DNA from: Dimorphilus gyrociliatus
Taxonomy: Eukaryota; Animalia; Annelida
Reading direction: 5' to 3'
Length of the DNA stretch: 64,000 nt
Assembly: GCA_904063045.1 (NCBI GenBank)
Contig: CAJFCJ010000006.1
Location: 4,728,408-4,792,407, forward strand
The notes under the pieces were generated by a model that saw nothing but the letters and a program-made list of their open reading frames with translations, ran no database searches and was not told the origin of the DNA. Made by a program: the position numbers and the translations under genes. Shown here piece after piece: positions 13,636 through 26,796 of this stretch (position 1 is the stretch's first letter; each line of letters starts with the position of its first letter).

Positions 13636-15113
13636 ATGGACGGTGAAACGTCGGAGAATGCCAAAGATTCATCTATGTCTACAGAAAGATCTACAAACGA
13701 TATACCTGTAATGATTTTCTTTTCATAGCATCTCTATTCTATTACTTTGGCTTTGTTTTAAATAATATTATTTTTTTTATGTTCGTAGATAGCCAAGAGG
13801 AATTGGTACCTAAAGAAGATAACGTTCTTACTATGCGTATCGAGTATTGTCTTCATCTCTCTGTCTATATTTAAGATTCATTGGTTGATCTTTTATTTCT
13901 ATACGATTATTACTCCTATACTACTAACTATAAGATTTGTCATGTATTGGACGTATAAATGGCAGTATTTCTTATTAGATATATGCTACTTTGGAAATTT
14001 GGCATGCCTCATTTATATTTGGTAAATAGAAATGTATATACTATATATATGCAGTATATACTATGGAATACTTATATATTTATATACACTTTGTAATATT
14101 TAAGATAGAATAATATCCTATTTTCATAGGTCATCCCCTCAGGAACTTAAATATTTTGCTGTAGTATTTGCCTTAAGCAATGGGCCGTTAGCTACAGGAG
14201 CCTTATTATTCCGGTATCGTATACTAAAAAGAATTTCCATTTTAAATTCAATTAATCAATTACAATACGTTAAAAATATTCGTTTTCAGAAATTCCCTGG
14301 TCTTTCACGACATTGATAAATTGACGTCGTGTTTTATTCACCTATTACCAGCTCTTTTAACATTTAAGTAACTATTATAGAACGATTCTAGCCATTTTAT
14401 GCTATATACTATAGTTTAATAACTACTACTTTTATCCAGTATACGCTGGTACTCGGAGTCATCTTCAAAATATTGGTACAAAAATTTCATCAGTGAATTT
14501 GATCAGTCTCTTATTTTTTCAACGATATGGCTATTTTCAGTTCCTTTGGCCTGTTGTGTTATTCATTCAGTAAGAGATAAATATACGTATATATATATAT
14601 ATATTTGTGAAAATAGCATAGGCAATAGCTATAAATTATACTTTTTTATACTATTTAATATGCTAATTGAACATCCTTTACATCACAGATCGTCTATTTT
14701 CTGGTCGTTTATGTTATCCTTAAGCCAAGTAAAGAATATTTGAATAGCTTTCGCTATTTATCCAGAAAAAAATCGGGTCTTATTGGTTCTGTAATCTATA
14801 TATGTGGTGATAAGTATGTGTTTAAAGTTCACAACGTTATCGTAATTTTAATGCATCAATCGTCTTTTTGTCTAATGAATTATTCATCACTTACAGAAAG
14901 AAGTATAAACTCTTGACCTTCAATATTTTTATGTATATCACCTACATTTTGTCCTTGCTATTAATGATATTATTCTGGAGATACTTTTGGGCGCATGCAT
15001 CATTAATGATGTTAATCCTATTAGTAATAACATGGAATGGTTCCACATATTACTTGAATGTTTTCCCTACAGAAGAATCTTTCAATCCACCTGCAGTAGA
15101 ATCTAAAAATTAA
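13636..15113 (+). CDS. GPC1: Glycerophosphocholine acyltransferase (GPC1/GPCAT, DUF2838 family)
   Basis: Seven hand-spliced exons give YKWQYFLLDICYFGN, FALSNGPLATGALLFRNSLVFHDIDKLTSCFIHLLP, NSFRYL and TWNGSTYYLNVF. These match my recollection of yeast and plant GPC1 motifs in a multi-TM protein. Confidence 0.85.
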
Positions 15114-15307
15114 ACAATTTCAATTAAACATCAAATGTTTATACTAATTTGTCAAAAATTTCTAAATGAAGTTCACTTATTATGAATAATTTATTCACGT
15201 TATTTCAGTTATCTTTATCTAATTTCCGGGTATTTATTTTTAACTATTAGAATGAAATGGAAGCTTAAACTTTCTTATGTATGTTACCTTACATTATTTT
15301 ATAATAA

Positions 15308-15310
<3 letters not shown>

Positions 15311-15352
<42 letters not shown>
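15311..15352. repeat. (TA)n microsatellite
   Basis: Perfect TA run. Confidence 0.9.
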
Positions 15353-15355
<3 letters not shown>

Positions 15356-15603
15356 ACAATAAATCGAAGACAAATAATAATAATTAAAAGATAAGAGATA
15401 ACAAAGTCCAAAATTGTTTAACCGTACCCAATGATTTCAATATATCTACTACTCTATAACTAAACATACCAGGTAGGTTAGAGTGTTTTTTTTTTATAAC
15501 TTTATCAGCTTTATCATTCGTTATCTGACGAAGAAATGTGCGGGTCAATCGCACTATGCGTCTGACGCGATCGGCTGACAATAAGTTTTTTTTTATAGAA
15601 AAA

Positions 15604-17354
15604 ATGTCAGAGGATCATTCGGTTGTAGGATTTGAAACAATTTACCTATGAATCTTATTAATAATATATTTGAACAGGGAACAGAGTTTGACAGCCTCAA
15701 AACTAAGTTTGAAAATTACGTAAGTTCTTTAATAATATATTAATTAATATTTATTAATATATAGGTTAAATCTATTAATTTCATTAATTTAATGCGTTGT
15801 AAATTTCATCGTTTAATCTTCTTTTTTTCTTTTTTTTTTATCTCTGATTATCAATTAAACACTAATATTCAATAGTTTTCATATTATTTCCTTAATATTT
15901 ATTCAAAGAGATCTCTTTTTCAAATCGTTAACAGAGCGATGATTCTCCCCCGCTAAAACGCCCCTTTAGAGATGAAAAGAATATTAATAAGGAAGATAAA
16001 ATATGTAAAGTTTGCGGAGATAAGGCCTTAGGTTGTAATTTTGACGTAATATCTTGCGAAAGTTGTAAAGCGTTTTTTAGAAGGAATGCTCTTAAACAAA
16101 AGGTATATAGATAAGGATCTTTTTGTTTAAAAAAAAAAAGATAAATTATGGATATTTCTTTCTTTGTTAATTAGATAATTTATCACTTAACAGCCAGCGA
16201 AATGTCTCTTTAAGGGTGATTGTAGCATCGATGTGAATACAAGAAGATTTTGTCCATTTTGTAGGTTAAAGAAGTGCTTTGACGTTGGCATGAAGAAAGA
16301 CTTTATTTTAGGTTGGTTTCTTTTCAGTACTGATTTTAAATATGATGTATTCTGAAACTTCAAGGTGAGAATGAAAAGAGAAAGAGAATGGAAAAGGTCT
16401 TAATTAATCGTCAAAAAAAAATGAGCAAGATGAGTGTACCACTGACAACCGATTCAGCAATTAGCGACCCATCTAATTTACTTTCTTTTTCTAAATCTGC
16501 TAATTTGGCACCTATGGAGGATTCTGTAAGTATCATTATTTATCATATTTAATTGTTACATTAGTATACTATGGATTACAACTACCACCAAAGACTCCAG
16601 TTTATTTTTTTGTCAGTACACTCATTTGGTACCCGGATTTGATACGAATCAGTTTCGGCAATTAACCCAGCAAGAGAATTCTATGCTGGGGGACTTGAAG
16701 GAAGTTTTTGAACTATCATTCTGCGTCGATTTGGAACCTGTGATGCATATATCTAAAAATATGAATCCAAGTTTAAACCAATTGGTTAATCAATCTTCTA
16801 TTACTGTTCTTCGAATAATTAAGTTTTCCAAGAAAATACCAGAGTTTGCAAGACTTTCTCAAGAGTGTCAAATAGGCCTTCTAAAAGGTTGCTGGGTTCA
16901 TATTTTGCTATTACGAAGCATATCTCTTTACAACATGGAAAGAGACGCCTGGATGACGCCCAAAGGCGATCTACCAACAAATATTTTAAAGAATGCAACG
17001 GGATACGATAAACTTCATGAGCAAATGGTTTTATTTTGTCGATCAGTTAAGAATATTGTTGGTGATGACATTTCAATCATTATATTGCTCATGATAATTG
17101 TCACGTTCTCACCTGAAGGGATGCATGTACTCATGAGACAGCATATGAGTAATGTTCAAGATAAATATATTATTCTTCTTAAGCATCATCTAGAGGCTAG
17201 ATACTCCTATTCGAGATCATCAGAGATGCTCAGCGACTTACTATTCAAAATAAAAGAGATGAAAGAGATGAATAAAACTCATGGTAATGTCTTTTCCGAT
17301 TTAAATCCAGGTGAAATTGAGCCATTTATGCTAGAAATTTTGGATTTAAAATAG
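15604..17354 (+). CDS. HR96: Nuclear receptor, NR1J/HR96 (DAF-12/HR96-like) group
   Basis: [34 protein letters not shown] followed by [35 protein letters not shown] with [23 protein letters not shown] and AF-2-like [11 protein letters not shown]. The start exon (MSEDHS) is less certain. Confidence 0.85.
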
Positions 17355-17624
17355 CATTGGAAGAAAATTGAACAATTTTTTTAAAAAATAAAAAAAGAAA
17401 CAACCAAAAAAAATTTACAAAAGTATTAGATAATTCAAAAAAGAAGAAGAAGAAGAAGAAGAAAAAGGAAGGAAGGAAGAAATCAAAGAGAAGAAAAAAA
17501 AATGAGCATTTTAACGGACATTGCTGCGTTTAATTTCTTAATTTTTTCTTCGTATTTTTTTTATTAATTTAAAAAGAAATTTAAATGAATTGTTTATTTC
17601 CTCTTTTCTTTATTATTTTTTTTC

Positions 17625-18590
17625 TTACCTTAATAAAAAGATCATGAAAATAAGAAAATGATGTAAACTTGATAGATATTTTAACTTTCCAGAGCTTATA
17701 TCCTTCTGAGGTACAGCCATTGTAGGTTTTACCGCTTCCTTTACACAATATCCTGTTGATCGGAATGGACAAACTAAACATCTATACCCGTATGAACATA
17801 ATCGACTATCCTCCATTGTTGTATGCTCAGTACAATTGGTGTTTCCTACTGATGCTTTCCTATGAACGCATGTATTCAACGAAGAAACAAAAACAGAATC
17901 TATGTCTTCGCAATGGCATTCGCCAAACAGACATTTCATACCCAAACGGCAATCATAGTCCAATTTGCAAATGTCCTGAAATTCGGCCAGACGGCAATCT
18001 CCTTTTAGTGATTTAGAATAACCAAGTTTACAACGGCACCTGTGACTATCTTTTTCGCAAACGGCGTTTAAATCAGTGCAAAATCTTGAACATTTGGCGT
18101 CAACGGGCGTGTCCTCATTAGGGACACAATTTCTTTTGTCATCTGTCGACTTGGTACCATCCAAACACACGCATTTTTTAGTTAAATCAGAACAAAAGAC
18201 ACCACGCCCAACGCACATTCCATGATTTCTTCCGCAATCTTCTCCAATCTTTAATTCTGTAAGAGATAATGATAAATAAAAAACAAGAACAAAATGATAA
18301 ATAATGATGCCATTGAAGCAAATTTTTAGCTGTTAGTTTTATTTAGAGAATACAAGGCGTATTTTATTTATTATACCACGGAAGCAGCGATCTCCGTCTA
18401 ATATATAGCCTTCTTTACATACACAAATTCCACTGTTACATTCCTTCTCTCTTTTACATACGAAATTCTTGTCATTCGATTCCTTTTCGCATCCAACATT
18501 TGACCAGCAGAAATCGACCTGCTTTTTGGATATCGTTGACATTCTAACCAAAGCTAAGAGGGAACAGGCAATGAGTATATTGAAAAACAT
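17625..18590 (-). CDS. Secreted, probably GPI-anchored Cys-rich protein with tandem EB/EGF-like modules
   Basis: Two exons (18590-18377 and 18256-17625, phase-1 intron). Signal peptide MFFNILIACSLLALV, repeated C-x-C-x2-G-Y/T modules and a hydrophobic C-terminus with no cytosolic tail (HHFLIFMIFLLR). Confidence 0.8.
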
Positions 18591-21500
18591 ATCTATAACC
18601 AAATCTATGATGCATATTAACTACGACCGAACAATTTTGTCTGCCATTTACAACTCTGTAATTGGATAATTTCCTCCAATTTTCACTCGTTTTCACCTAA
18701 TACTCTTAGCTTTCAATCAATTAGTTGGTTCTAATACCACAGGTGGAGCTAGTTGTTATCGGTTTTCGTAGTAGATGAAAAATGTTATATCCATTCAGAC
18801 TTCTCCAACCCCCTAACTCCTTCTCTTTCCCTTTACCCTTCCCTCCCTGCAGCTACTCTCTCACTTTCACTCTCATTACTTCCCCCTCTTTCTCCCTCTA
18901 TTACTCTTATGTACGTTTAACTTGATCATTCTGAAGTGTGTTTGCTAGATTTTTTTCCTTTTTACTATTAATTAGAGAACAGTGGTCCCTATTTCAGAAG
19001 AGCTTTTTCAATAATATTCATGATTTTTACTAACCTTACAAAAAATTAATAAGTTAAATTGTTACGTAAAGTAACTGTAAAGGATAGGAGCACAGAGTAC
19101 TATTTAATAAATTATGTATACAGAATATATATATATATATATATATATATGTTCATATAGCTTAATTAGAAAGAGGTATACGAAAGGAGGAGGTGGTGAA
19201 AGGCAGTGGAAAAATGATGGAAAGAAAGGTGGAAAAAAAGAGGGAGAGTGGAATTTGAAATCATGAAAGCTTTTACTTCTGCCACCTCCTCTCCCTCCTC
19301 CTTCAAAAAAAGGGATTTAAGAAACATATAATTTATATAATGAGTACTAGAATAAAATTATTATTTGGAATTAACTCTTTTCCTAACTTATATTAAAGAA
19401 CATGTTAATACCATTTCAACTTTCTCTCCTCATCTATCACTCTCCTTCTATGTCTAATCATCTCATAAATATTGATAATAATAAAAATAACTAATATTAT
19501 AGTTATATTAAAATTATATTCACGACAAACAACAAATACATATTATGGCTTATATGGCAAAAAAATTGATTAAATCTTTCATCTTTCTATCGGATATTCA
19601 TTTAAATTAATTTTGTAATGTTCTCAGCTTTTTGAAAAAAAGTAATAAATTATCAGAGTGTCTCTTATCGATTTATAAGAATTTTTTTAAGTTATAAAAC
19701 ACTAAACCTATTAATCTTGTTTTTTTTTTCCTCTCTTTTCAAATCTTATCTATTCAATTCCTGCTCTTTTTTCTACTTTTCTTTGTCTTTCCGTCATTCT
19801 CTGTCTCTGGCTGTCTGTCTGTCTGTCTGCTTCCTTAAGTATACAAATACTTTATGTTTTGTCGTCAGTGTACTTAGAAATGAATCAAATACAATGTATT
19901 ACGTATACTCTCTATATATATACTTAAGATAAACTGGAGAAAATCGTTTATGAGAGGACATTAACGTACTTAAACGCTCAAGGAAATATAAGAAAAAATA
20001 CAAATAATAAGACAAAAACATCTCCTGATATTTTGTATATTTGAAAGAAATATTTTTTTACAAGACTATTATTTTCATCATTACTAATTATTTGTAATAG
20101 AGATTCTCATATAAAGTAATCTGCTCTCACTCCCTCTCTGTCGCTCTGTCTCTCTCTCTCTCTCTTTTATTCCTTCTTAAATTAATTATTTTACGTTTAA
20201 ATATCGTATTTAAATCATTGAACTAAACTGTTCAAAGGTTAAATAGTAGACTCCCTCCCTTTTAATTATTATTTGTCATACATAATGAAATACTTTAATT
20301 GTGGTTTTAACAGAAATGAGATGTTGATTGACAATAAAGACAGAGACAAAGAGTAAAGGCTAGCTTTATAAAGATTGAATTATTGATGTGGACTTCAACT
20401 AACATTTTAGTAGCTTATTATGTGGGGTTCTAGGAACAGAAAAGAGGAACAAAGGGCTCTTTCATATTATATTCAAGGGCAAAAGTAACTATAGTTTTAC
20501 TAGATATCCTCTTAGCGGTAAGCGAAAAAGATGACTTTTTTCTATTAAGATGAGAGTTTTAGATATTTTTGCTGAATAAGGCAAAAACATTAAAAACAAT
20601 GGTACAGATTGAAGGGGTAAAGGAGCAAGAGGGAAGGCAGGATAGAGTCCTCCTTCATCCTTTCTCTTCAGATGTAATTGGCCTACTAATACAGAAACCA
20701 ATTCTTATCTGCAATCAATCCTTTAGTGATGGGGTTATAACCCTTTTTTCCTTGATAAACGACAGTAAAACTAAATGAAACTATTGTAGAGGAATAGGGG
20801 ATATTTCAAACATGCCTGCATAATACTTTATCCATTATCTTTTCTTTATTTATATTTTTAAACCCTTATATTGTTATATATATTACAGCCTGTTTACAAT
20901 CGCGCTTGTCCTCAAAACTCTTTCAGGTAAGAAATCCTTTATATAGGGTCATTTATCCGTAAGTTATTTAGGTGGGAAACGAGGAGAAAGTCGATTAGAA
21001 ATTATACTCTTTCCACCAAAATTTTTTACAGAAGGATTGGCTTTCTTCCCTCTCTCCCTCTCTCTCTCTCTCCTTCTCTCTTTTTCTGTGTCTCTAGATT
21101 AATTTGAAGAGCGGAAATAACTTTCTACATGTATTACAAATACAAGCAAAACAAGCCTATATTATTTAATTATATTATTTTTTATTTAGTTGTTCAATCC
21201 TCTTTGCCCCCTTTATGTGTGAGCTTCTAATACCGTAATAAATTATCTGGCCTAGATATAAATCAGTTTGTATGTGTTTATGATAAAAATTATGTTTTAT
21301 TAATGCCGATTTTCTGATTTAATGAAAATATAAAGGTTTGAGTAATATATAAATACTTTATATATATATATATTTATATATATATAAGTATAATGTTCTA
21401 TTTATAGAAAGTATAATTTTGTAAATTGACTAATAGAAACTAATTAATTAAGGTGACCAAATGAGATATTGACATATATAATAAACTAGACAAGTTAAGG

Positions 21501-22849
21501 GTACGAAATTTATTATCATATTATCTTCATTTATTATTATTATTGTTATATATTTTGCACCTTAAAAAAAATAGAAACAAGTTATTTAAGACGGAAATAG
21601 CAAATTGAATAAATTTCAGACACTTCCGGTCAAATATTCGTGTATTGATTTTTTTGCTTTTTTCGTCTTATTTTGTTATTTTTTTGCTTTATCTCTTTTT
21701 TTTCTCCTTCTATTGGAAAATTATGTATGTAGTATTAGTTCTATCAATATGAATATTGGATAATCTATACTACTGAAAGATATTTCCATCATCTTCTCCT
21801 TTCAATGTCATAAGAGGTTGTTTTCGTCATCCTCTTTTAGATCTTTTAAGATGACGTAAAACGATAATAGGAAATGTCTATAAGAGTTTATTATTTTTTA
21901 ATCATTAATTTTTAATGCTATTAATATTCATAAGCTATCTTTCATTGACAAAACGATCTAAAGAAAAACAATTATGCAAAGATCATTAAAAATGACATAA
22001 ACTTATATTATTTATTATTTTATCATATTATATACGGGTAATTGCCAATTAATCGACATTATCATTCAGTTTTGGATTCATGAGCAAAGAATATAAAGTT
22101 TATTCATTGTGTAGGCTTAATTCGCCAAAGAAGACCGAAAGACAGAACTAAAAAATACATTGCTTTGTTTTTTTTATTTTTATCTATCCATCATCTCTTC
22201 TAGGCCTAAATTACCAATTACTATTCGTAGACAGTAAAGTAGGGCTTTGTTTGTTATAGATATAACATTTATTAGCTAGTCGATGTTGGTGATATTGCAA
22301 TTTCATTTATAGGCTTTATGAATTCCACTTTTATCTACAAACACTCGCTCTAATCTGATAAAGAATGACGCTGGAAGTTGTTGAACTTGTAGAAATGAAG
22401 CAATTTCTTTTGACAGAGTTAAACGACGATTTATTTTGGAAATGATTTTGAGAGATGAGCAGGTGCTTTTACTTGTTTAATTATGCTTTTTTTTTACTAA
22501 TTTGCTATCAGTGACAAAAGGACAGACAGCTGGTATCATATGTTTTTTAGCCTTTCGAATTGTTCGCCCGTATTCATAACCGTAGTTCATTTGTCTAGAG
22601 TTCACATACGTTATGAGAATATAATGGGGTTGTGAATAACGATTCAAACCCCCATGAAGGGCTTTTTGAAAACAAGATGGAATGTGCAACATGGGCGGTA
22701 TTGAAATAAAAATTGAAATGCTCTCTTTTCCCTTGACTCTCTTCTCAGTATTTTTATAGTCTTTCGCCTAAGTTGACAAATAGCTATAGCTACACCGCCT
22801 AAAGCAATGATAAGAAAAATGAGAATCTTCTAATTAAAATATTTCTATG

Positions 22850-23866
22850 GCAACTGACTAGTTAGTTCTAAGTTGCCTGACAGCTTCCAGAAGGTGATTC
22901 TTTTTCTATCCAAGAAAAACCAAAGACTTGGTGTCTAAGTGCTTTTTCCCGCTTATCCCAACCACCATAATCCAACTTCTTAGTGAAATCCTCTTGATAA
23001 GTACTTGTTTGATTAGAACTAGCTAATGAGCCAACAAGAGCCATCTTATTTTCCATTTCCAAGGTTTTTAAAATTTCATTATTATTAGATATGAAAATTC
23101 TTTCGCTTGAGTAAACTCAGGTTTAATAATCTGTCCTGAGAAGGTTGATACTCGGTTAATTTTATCCTTTACAAAGAAAGCTAAAGTAATCTGAGATTGA
23201 GAAGGTATTCGATTATCATTCGGTTGGATACCTTTAATTCATTTTCCATTTTCTTCCTTTTTTTTATGCTAAATTGATGATAATTCCAACTTTTTTCCAT
23301 CCAAAACCTTGTATAAATTTATCAACTGCCGATTTACTGCCACATCTTTCTAGTCATGTCATTTTCGTTAATTCCTTTGGGAAATAATCCGTCTTTTTTT
23401 TTTCATCATTAATCCGTTCATTGGAATAGAGCAATATTGCCAAATAAATTTTAAATTCATCTGTTAAGTAACGCCTGAACAATTTACGAAGCTTTATTAT
23501 CCAATCCGAAGACAGTTTAGCTGAATAGCAAATGCCTTTTCTATTTGTTTTATCAGTCGTCTTTTATATCAAGATATCATTTTCCGTTCCATTAAATGCT
23601 GATTTTATCCTCTTGCTAATACCCTTATCATTGCTCTTCTTTTTATTAGATGGCCTATTAATGAAATTATTACCAGATTTCATAGATGTTCTACAGCTGA
23701 CAGCGCAATCGGAAGCTACAATCATTTCCTGATAGTTTTCCCCTTACCCTTGACCTCTGTTCTTTTATCACCTCTACTCCCCTAGATCAATCTCATTCCT
23801 TTGTCTGTCAACAGAATCTTGACCAGAGCTACTATTATTCTCAACAATAAAATGAAATACTCTCAT
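22850..23866 (-). pseudogene. Degenerate coding relic, possibly retroelement gag-like
   Basis: One minus frame from ATG 23866 reads as protein-like sequence interrupted by several stops and a poly-A frameshift. The segment DWIIKLRKLFRRYLTDEFKIYLAILL (about 23429-23506) resembles retrotransposon gag by eye only. Confidence 0.3.
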
Positions 23867-25311
23867 CTTTAAATTCAATATATATTTTCTATAAATATTT
23901 AATTATACTTAGACTCCATTCAGAGTTTTTTGACCTCAAATTTTACTTAAAAGAAACAATAAATTAAAAAGTAGTGACATCTTGAGGTCCGTTCTTAAGA
24001 TTCTTAAAAGTCACTTCTTCAAACAAAAGAATTAGGTCGCCTCAAATCGTGATAGAATTGCTCTGATCGATTCGAGTATATTTAAAAAATTTACAATCTC
24101 TTTTAACGATTTCTCTTCTGTCTTTTCTTTCTCTCTCTCTCGTTCTCTCTCTCCCTTTTACTCTGTATGCCTATGCCTCTGTCAATCTATCTCATTTTAT
24201 TCTTGTCCGCCTCTCCCCTATTTTCCTTTCCATCGAACTACAAATAAAAACCTTTTCTCTCCCTTTCTCACTTGTTTTTCTATTCGTTAATCTACCTATA
24301 TATTTATGCTAAAGGGTATCTATTCACAGGCAAGTATATACAAATAAGAAAACAAATAGGTAAAGTACAAATTAATATACAAAAGAAAACAGTTGACAAA
24401 GAAAAGAACAAACCTAATTGAGAGAAAATAGAAAGGATTTATCATTAAGATTACTTCATGATATTTTCTTTTAGAAAAAATATTTTTGTTTTTTTAAAAA
24501 TAAAAACAAAGAAAAACCAAAAAGAAATTTCCTTCTAATTATTTTTCTCTATCAACAAAAGGAAATTGTTAAAGAGATAGTAGGAAGATACTAATTCTTT
24601 TATATATTTCGAATATTTGTACGTGTACAGTATACACGAAATATATAATAATTAATAATATATTAATTCGTATAGCATCATCTATTTAACTTGTATTCAG
24701 AGAACAATTTTCTTGGTATGCATAACAATTAAGTCTATCTGAATTATATAAGAGAAAAAATTGCATGCTGTATCTAGACGAATAAAGTAAACTACAATAT
24801 GGCAGACGTTTCGTGTAGGACTTATTTTTCCTTAATGCACACTCAAACCTTATATATATATATATACTGTATATATATATATATGTATATATTTTAAGAA
24901 TTATACACAATATACTCAGATACTAATAGATTGATTCTATTAGCATAAGAATATGAATTTTAATACATTTGCAGAAGAGAAAGATATTTGTAATTAATTG
25001 AAATTCTTGATTTCTTTGAATTAAAACTACTTTACACTTACAGGCACACTGATTTAAAACAGTTGAATATATATACTGTATATACTTTGTATACATATAT
25101 CCATACAGATTTTTTATATGTATATATGTATATAAAAAAACGTTTCATTCAATGACTAATTAAACGAGCATCCAAGTTTTTGGTGCATATTTTTTTATGT
25201 AACTAAGTTATACAGTATTGTCTATTTTAATTAGTATTCGCATTTTTTTTTGCCTTACCATATACCCTATGCTTTTAGTCTCCATTCGCTCCTCCATCTT
25301 CTTCTTCGTCC

Positions 25312-26243
25312 TTATTGAATAGTGCACTTGTCACCAACTTCACTAACTGATGACATCACCTTGTTCGGAAGATCGCTGACTTTCGATTGCAGATCATTAA
25401 GATTTGTTGGTAAGAACGAGTCATCTGAAATATTTCGTGGAACGTTAATATGCAAATCAATCTATTTGATCTATCGTTTTTAGCCCTTTGCTGAAAGGAA
25501 GGATATTAAAAGAAATATCTAAAACTAGAGGGAGTTACAAAGCCTTTCAAACGTTTAGTACACAAATATACTTATTTACAGTATATAGTTTAGAATGTAT
25601 ACTCTTATATTAGCTTACAGATTTGTCTCTGTCGAAGAATGCGCGATAAAACAGACAGAAAGACAAACGAAGGGCTTTTTGTTTATATCTAATAAAAGAA
25701 GGCTGCTGCCGTACATCAACAATCGCCTTAATTGAACTAACTACTGTATATGAATAGAGAGAGAGAGGCATTATCCTTCTCTCAAAAAAGAATACTATCA
25801 AGAGATCGTAATACTAAATATAACAAAAATGAATCGAGAAGAGATATTACTTCCTTCTTCATTTTCGGAATCATTTTCTGCAGCTAATTCTGCAGGCGAT
25901 TTCTTCTTGCGACCTAGTCTACCAGCTACGTCTGGCTCCTCTTCTTTCACAATTTCCTTCTTTTTCAAACCATACTGCAAGGTTATCCTCTTTTATACAA
26001 TATATATGCGAATATATTTATGTTATTGACCTTGTCACGAATTTGTTGTCTCATTTCTTCGCGTTCTTCTTCCATTTTACGATGTTTTTCCTTTCTCTTT
26101 TCTTCAGCCTCTCTACGGGCCTCTGCTACTTCGGGATCTTCTTCACCGTCTCCTTCCTTCTTCTCTTCGTCTCCATCTCCCATTGCACCTTTTACAGATT
26201 TTAATTGGTCACCGACCATTTGCTTAGCAATAAAGGCTGCCAT
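25312..26243 (-). CDS. CPLX: Complexin (synaphin), CAAX-ending isoform
   Basis: Exons 26243-26031, 25974-25851 and 25424-25312. N-terminus MAAFIAKQMVGDQLKSVKG, central helix EEEREEMRQQIRDKYGLKKKE, and C-terminus DKCTIQ* (CAAX box). Confidence 0.96.
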
Positions 26244-26782
26244 ATCTTCTATTCAATATGAGAATCTGCAATTAAAAGTGAAACTAATGATAAGATACAC
26301 GATTTGCTCGTCAAGAGCGTAAATTACTTATGGCAAAACGGGTCAATAAGGTAGAGGCCTACAACGAAATTGATCGATACAGCTATTGCAGTTGGCAAGT
26401 TGTTTTTCGGTTATACCGTAAAACTGCAGTATTGCGGCTGACAACCGCCGATTGTATGGTGTCTTTCTCTCTACTACAGTTGGGAATTCAAAAGCCGTTG
26501 TCGTAATTAGCTTATGGAAGCATACATAATTCATTCTATATGATATCGTTAAAACTAGATGCTACGTTAAGTACTCCACCTAAATATTAATAATTATCCT
26601 AATGTATCATATACTCATCACAAACCTCAAAAAATATGATGCAAACAATTTTTTCCCTCTATTATAGAAGTTAAAGAGTGCTTCTCATAGCAGAATTAAA
26701 ACGGCCAGAAACGCTGTGTTCATTCACAAAGCGTCCTTTTTGCTGTTCTAAGGCAGCAATGCCCCCTAGTCGTACCCGTTGC

Positions 26783-26796
26783 GTTGCCAGAGCAAC
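26783..26796. promoter_or_regulatory. Candidate RFX X-box upstream of the complexin coding region
   Basis: GTTGCCAGAGCAAC matches the GTNRCC-N-RGYAAC consensus and lies in a GC-richer noncoding island. Confidence 0.45.

Noticed and set aside
20340-20830. Possible LINE RT fragment (LHLKRKDEGGL) or decayed ORF
   Set aside because: Only one short motif resemblance; all frames have stops and no other RT motifs were found.
21820-21875. Hairpin gttttcgtcatc...gatgacgtaaaac as a miRNA or MITE
   Set aside because: The stem is only about 13 bp, there is no known miRNA seed and no second copy was seen.
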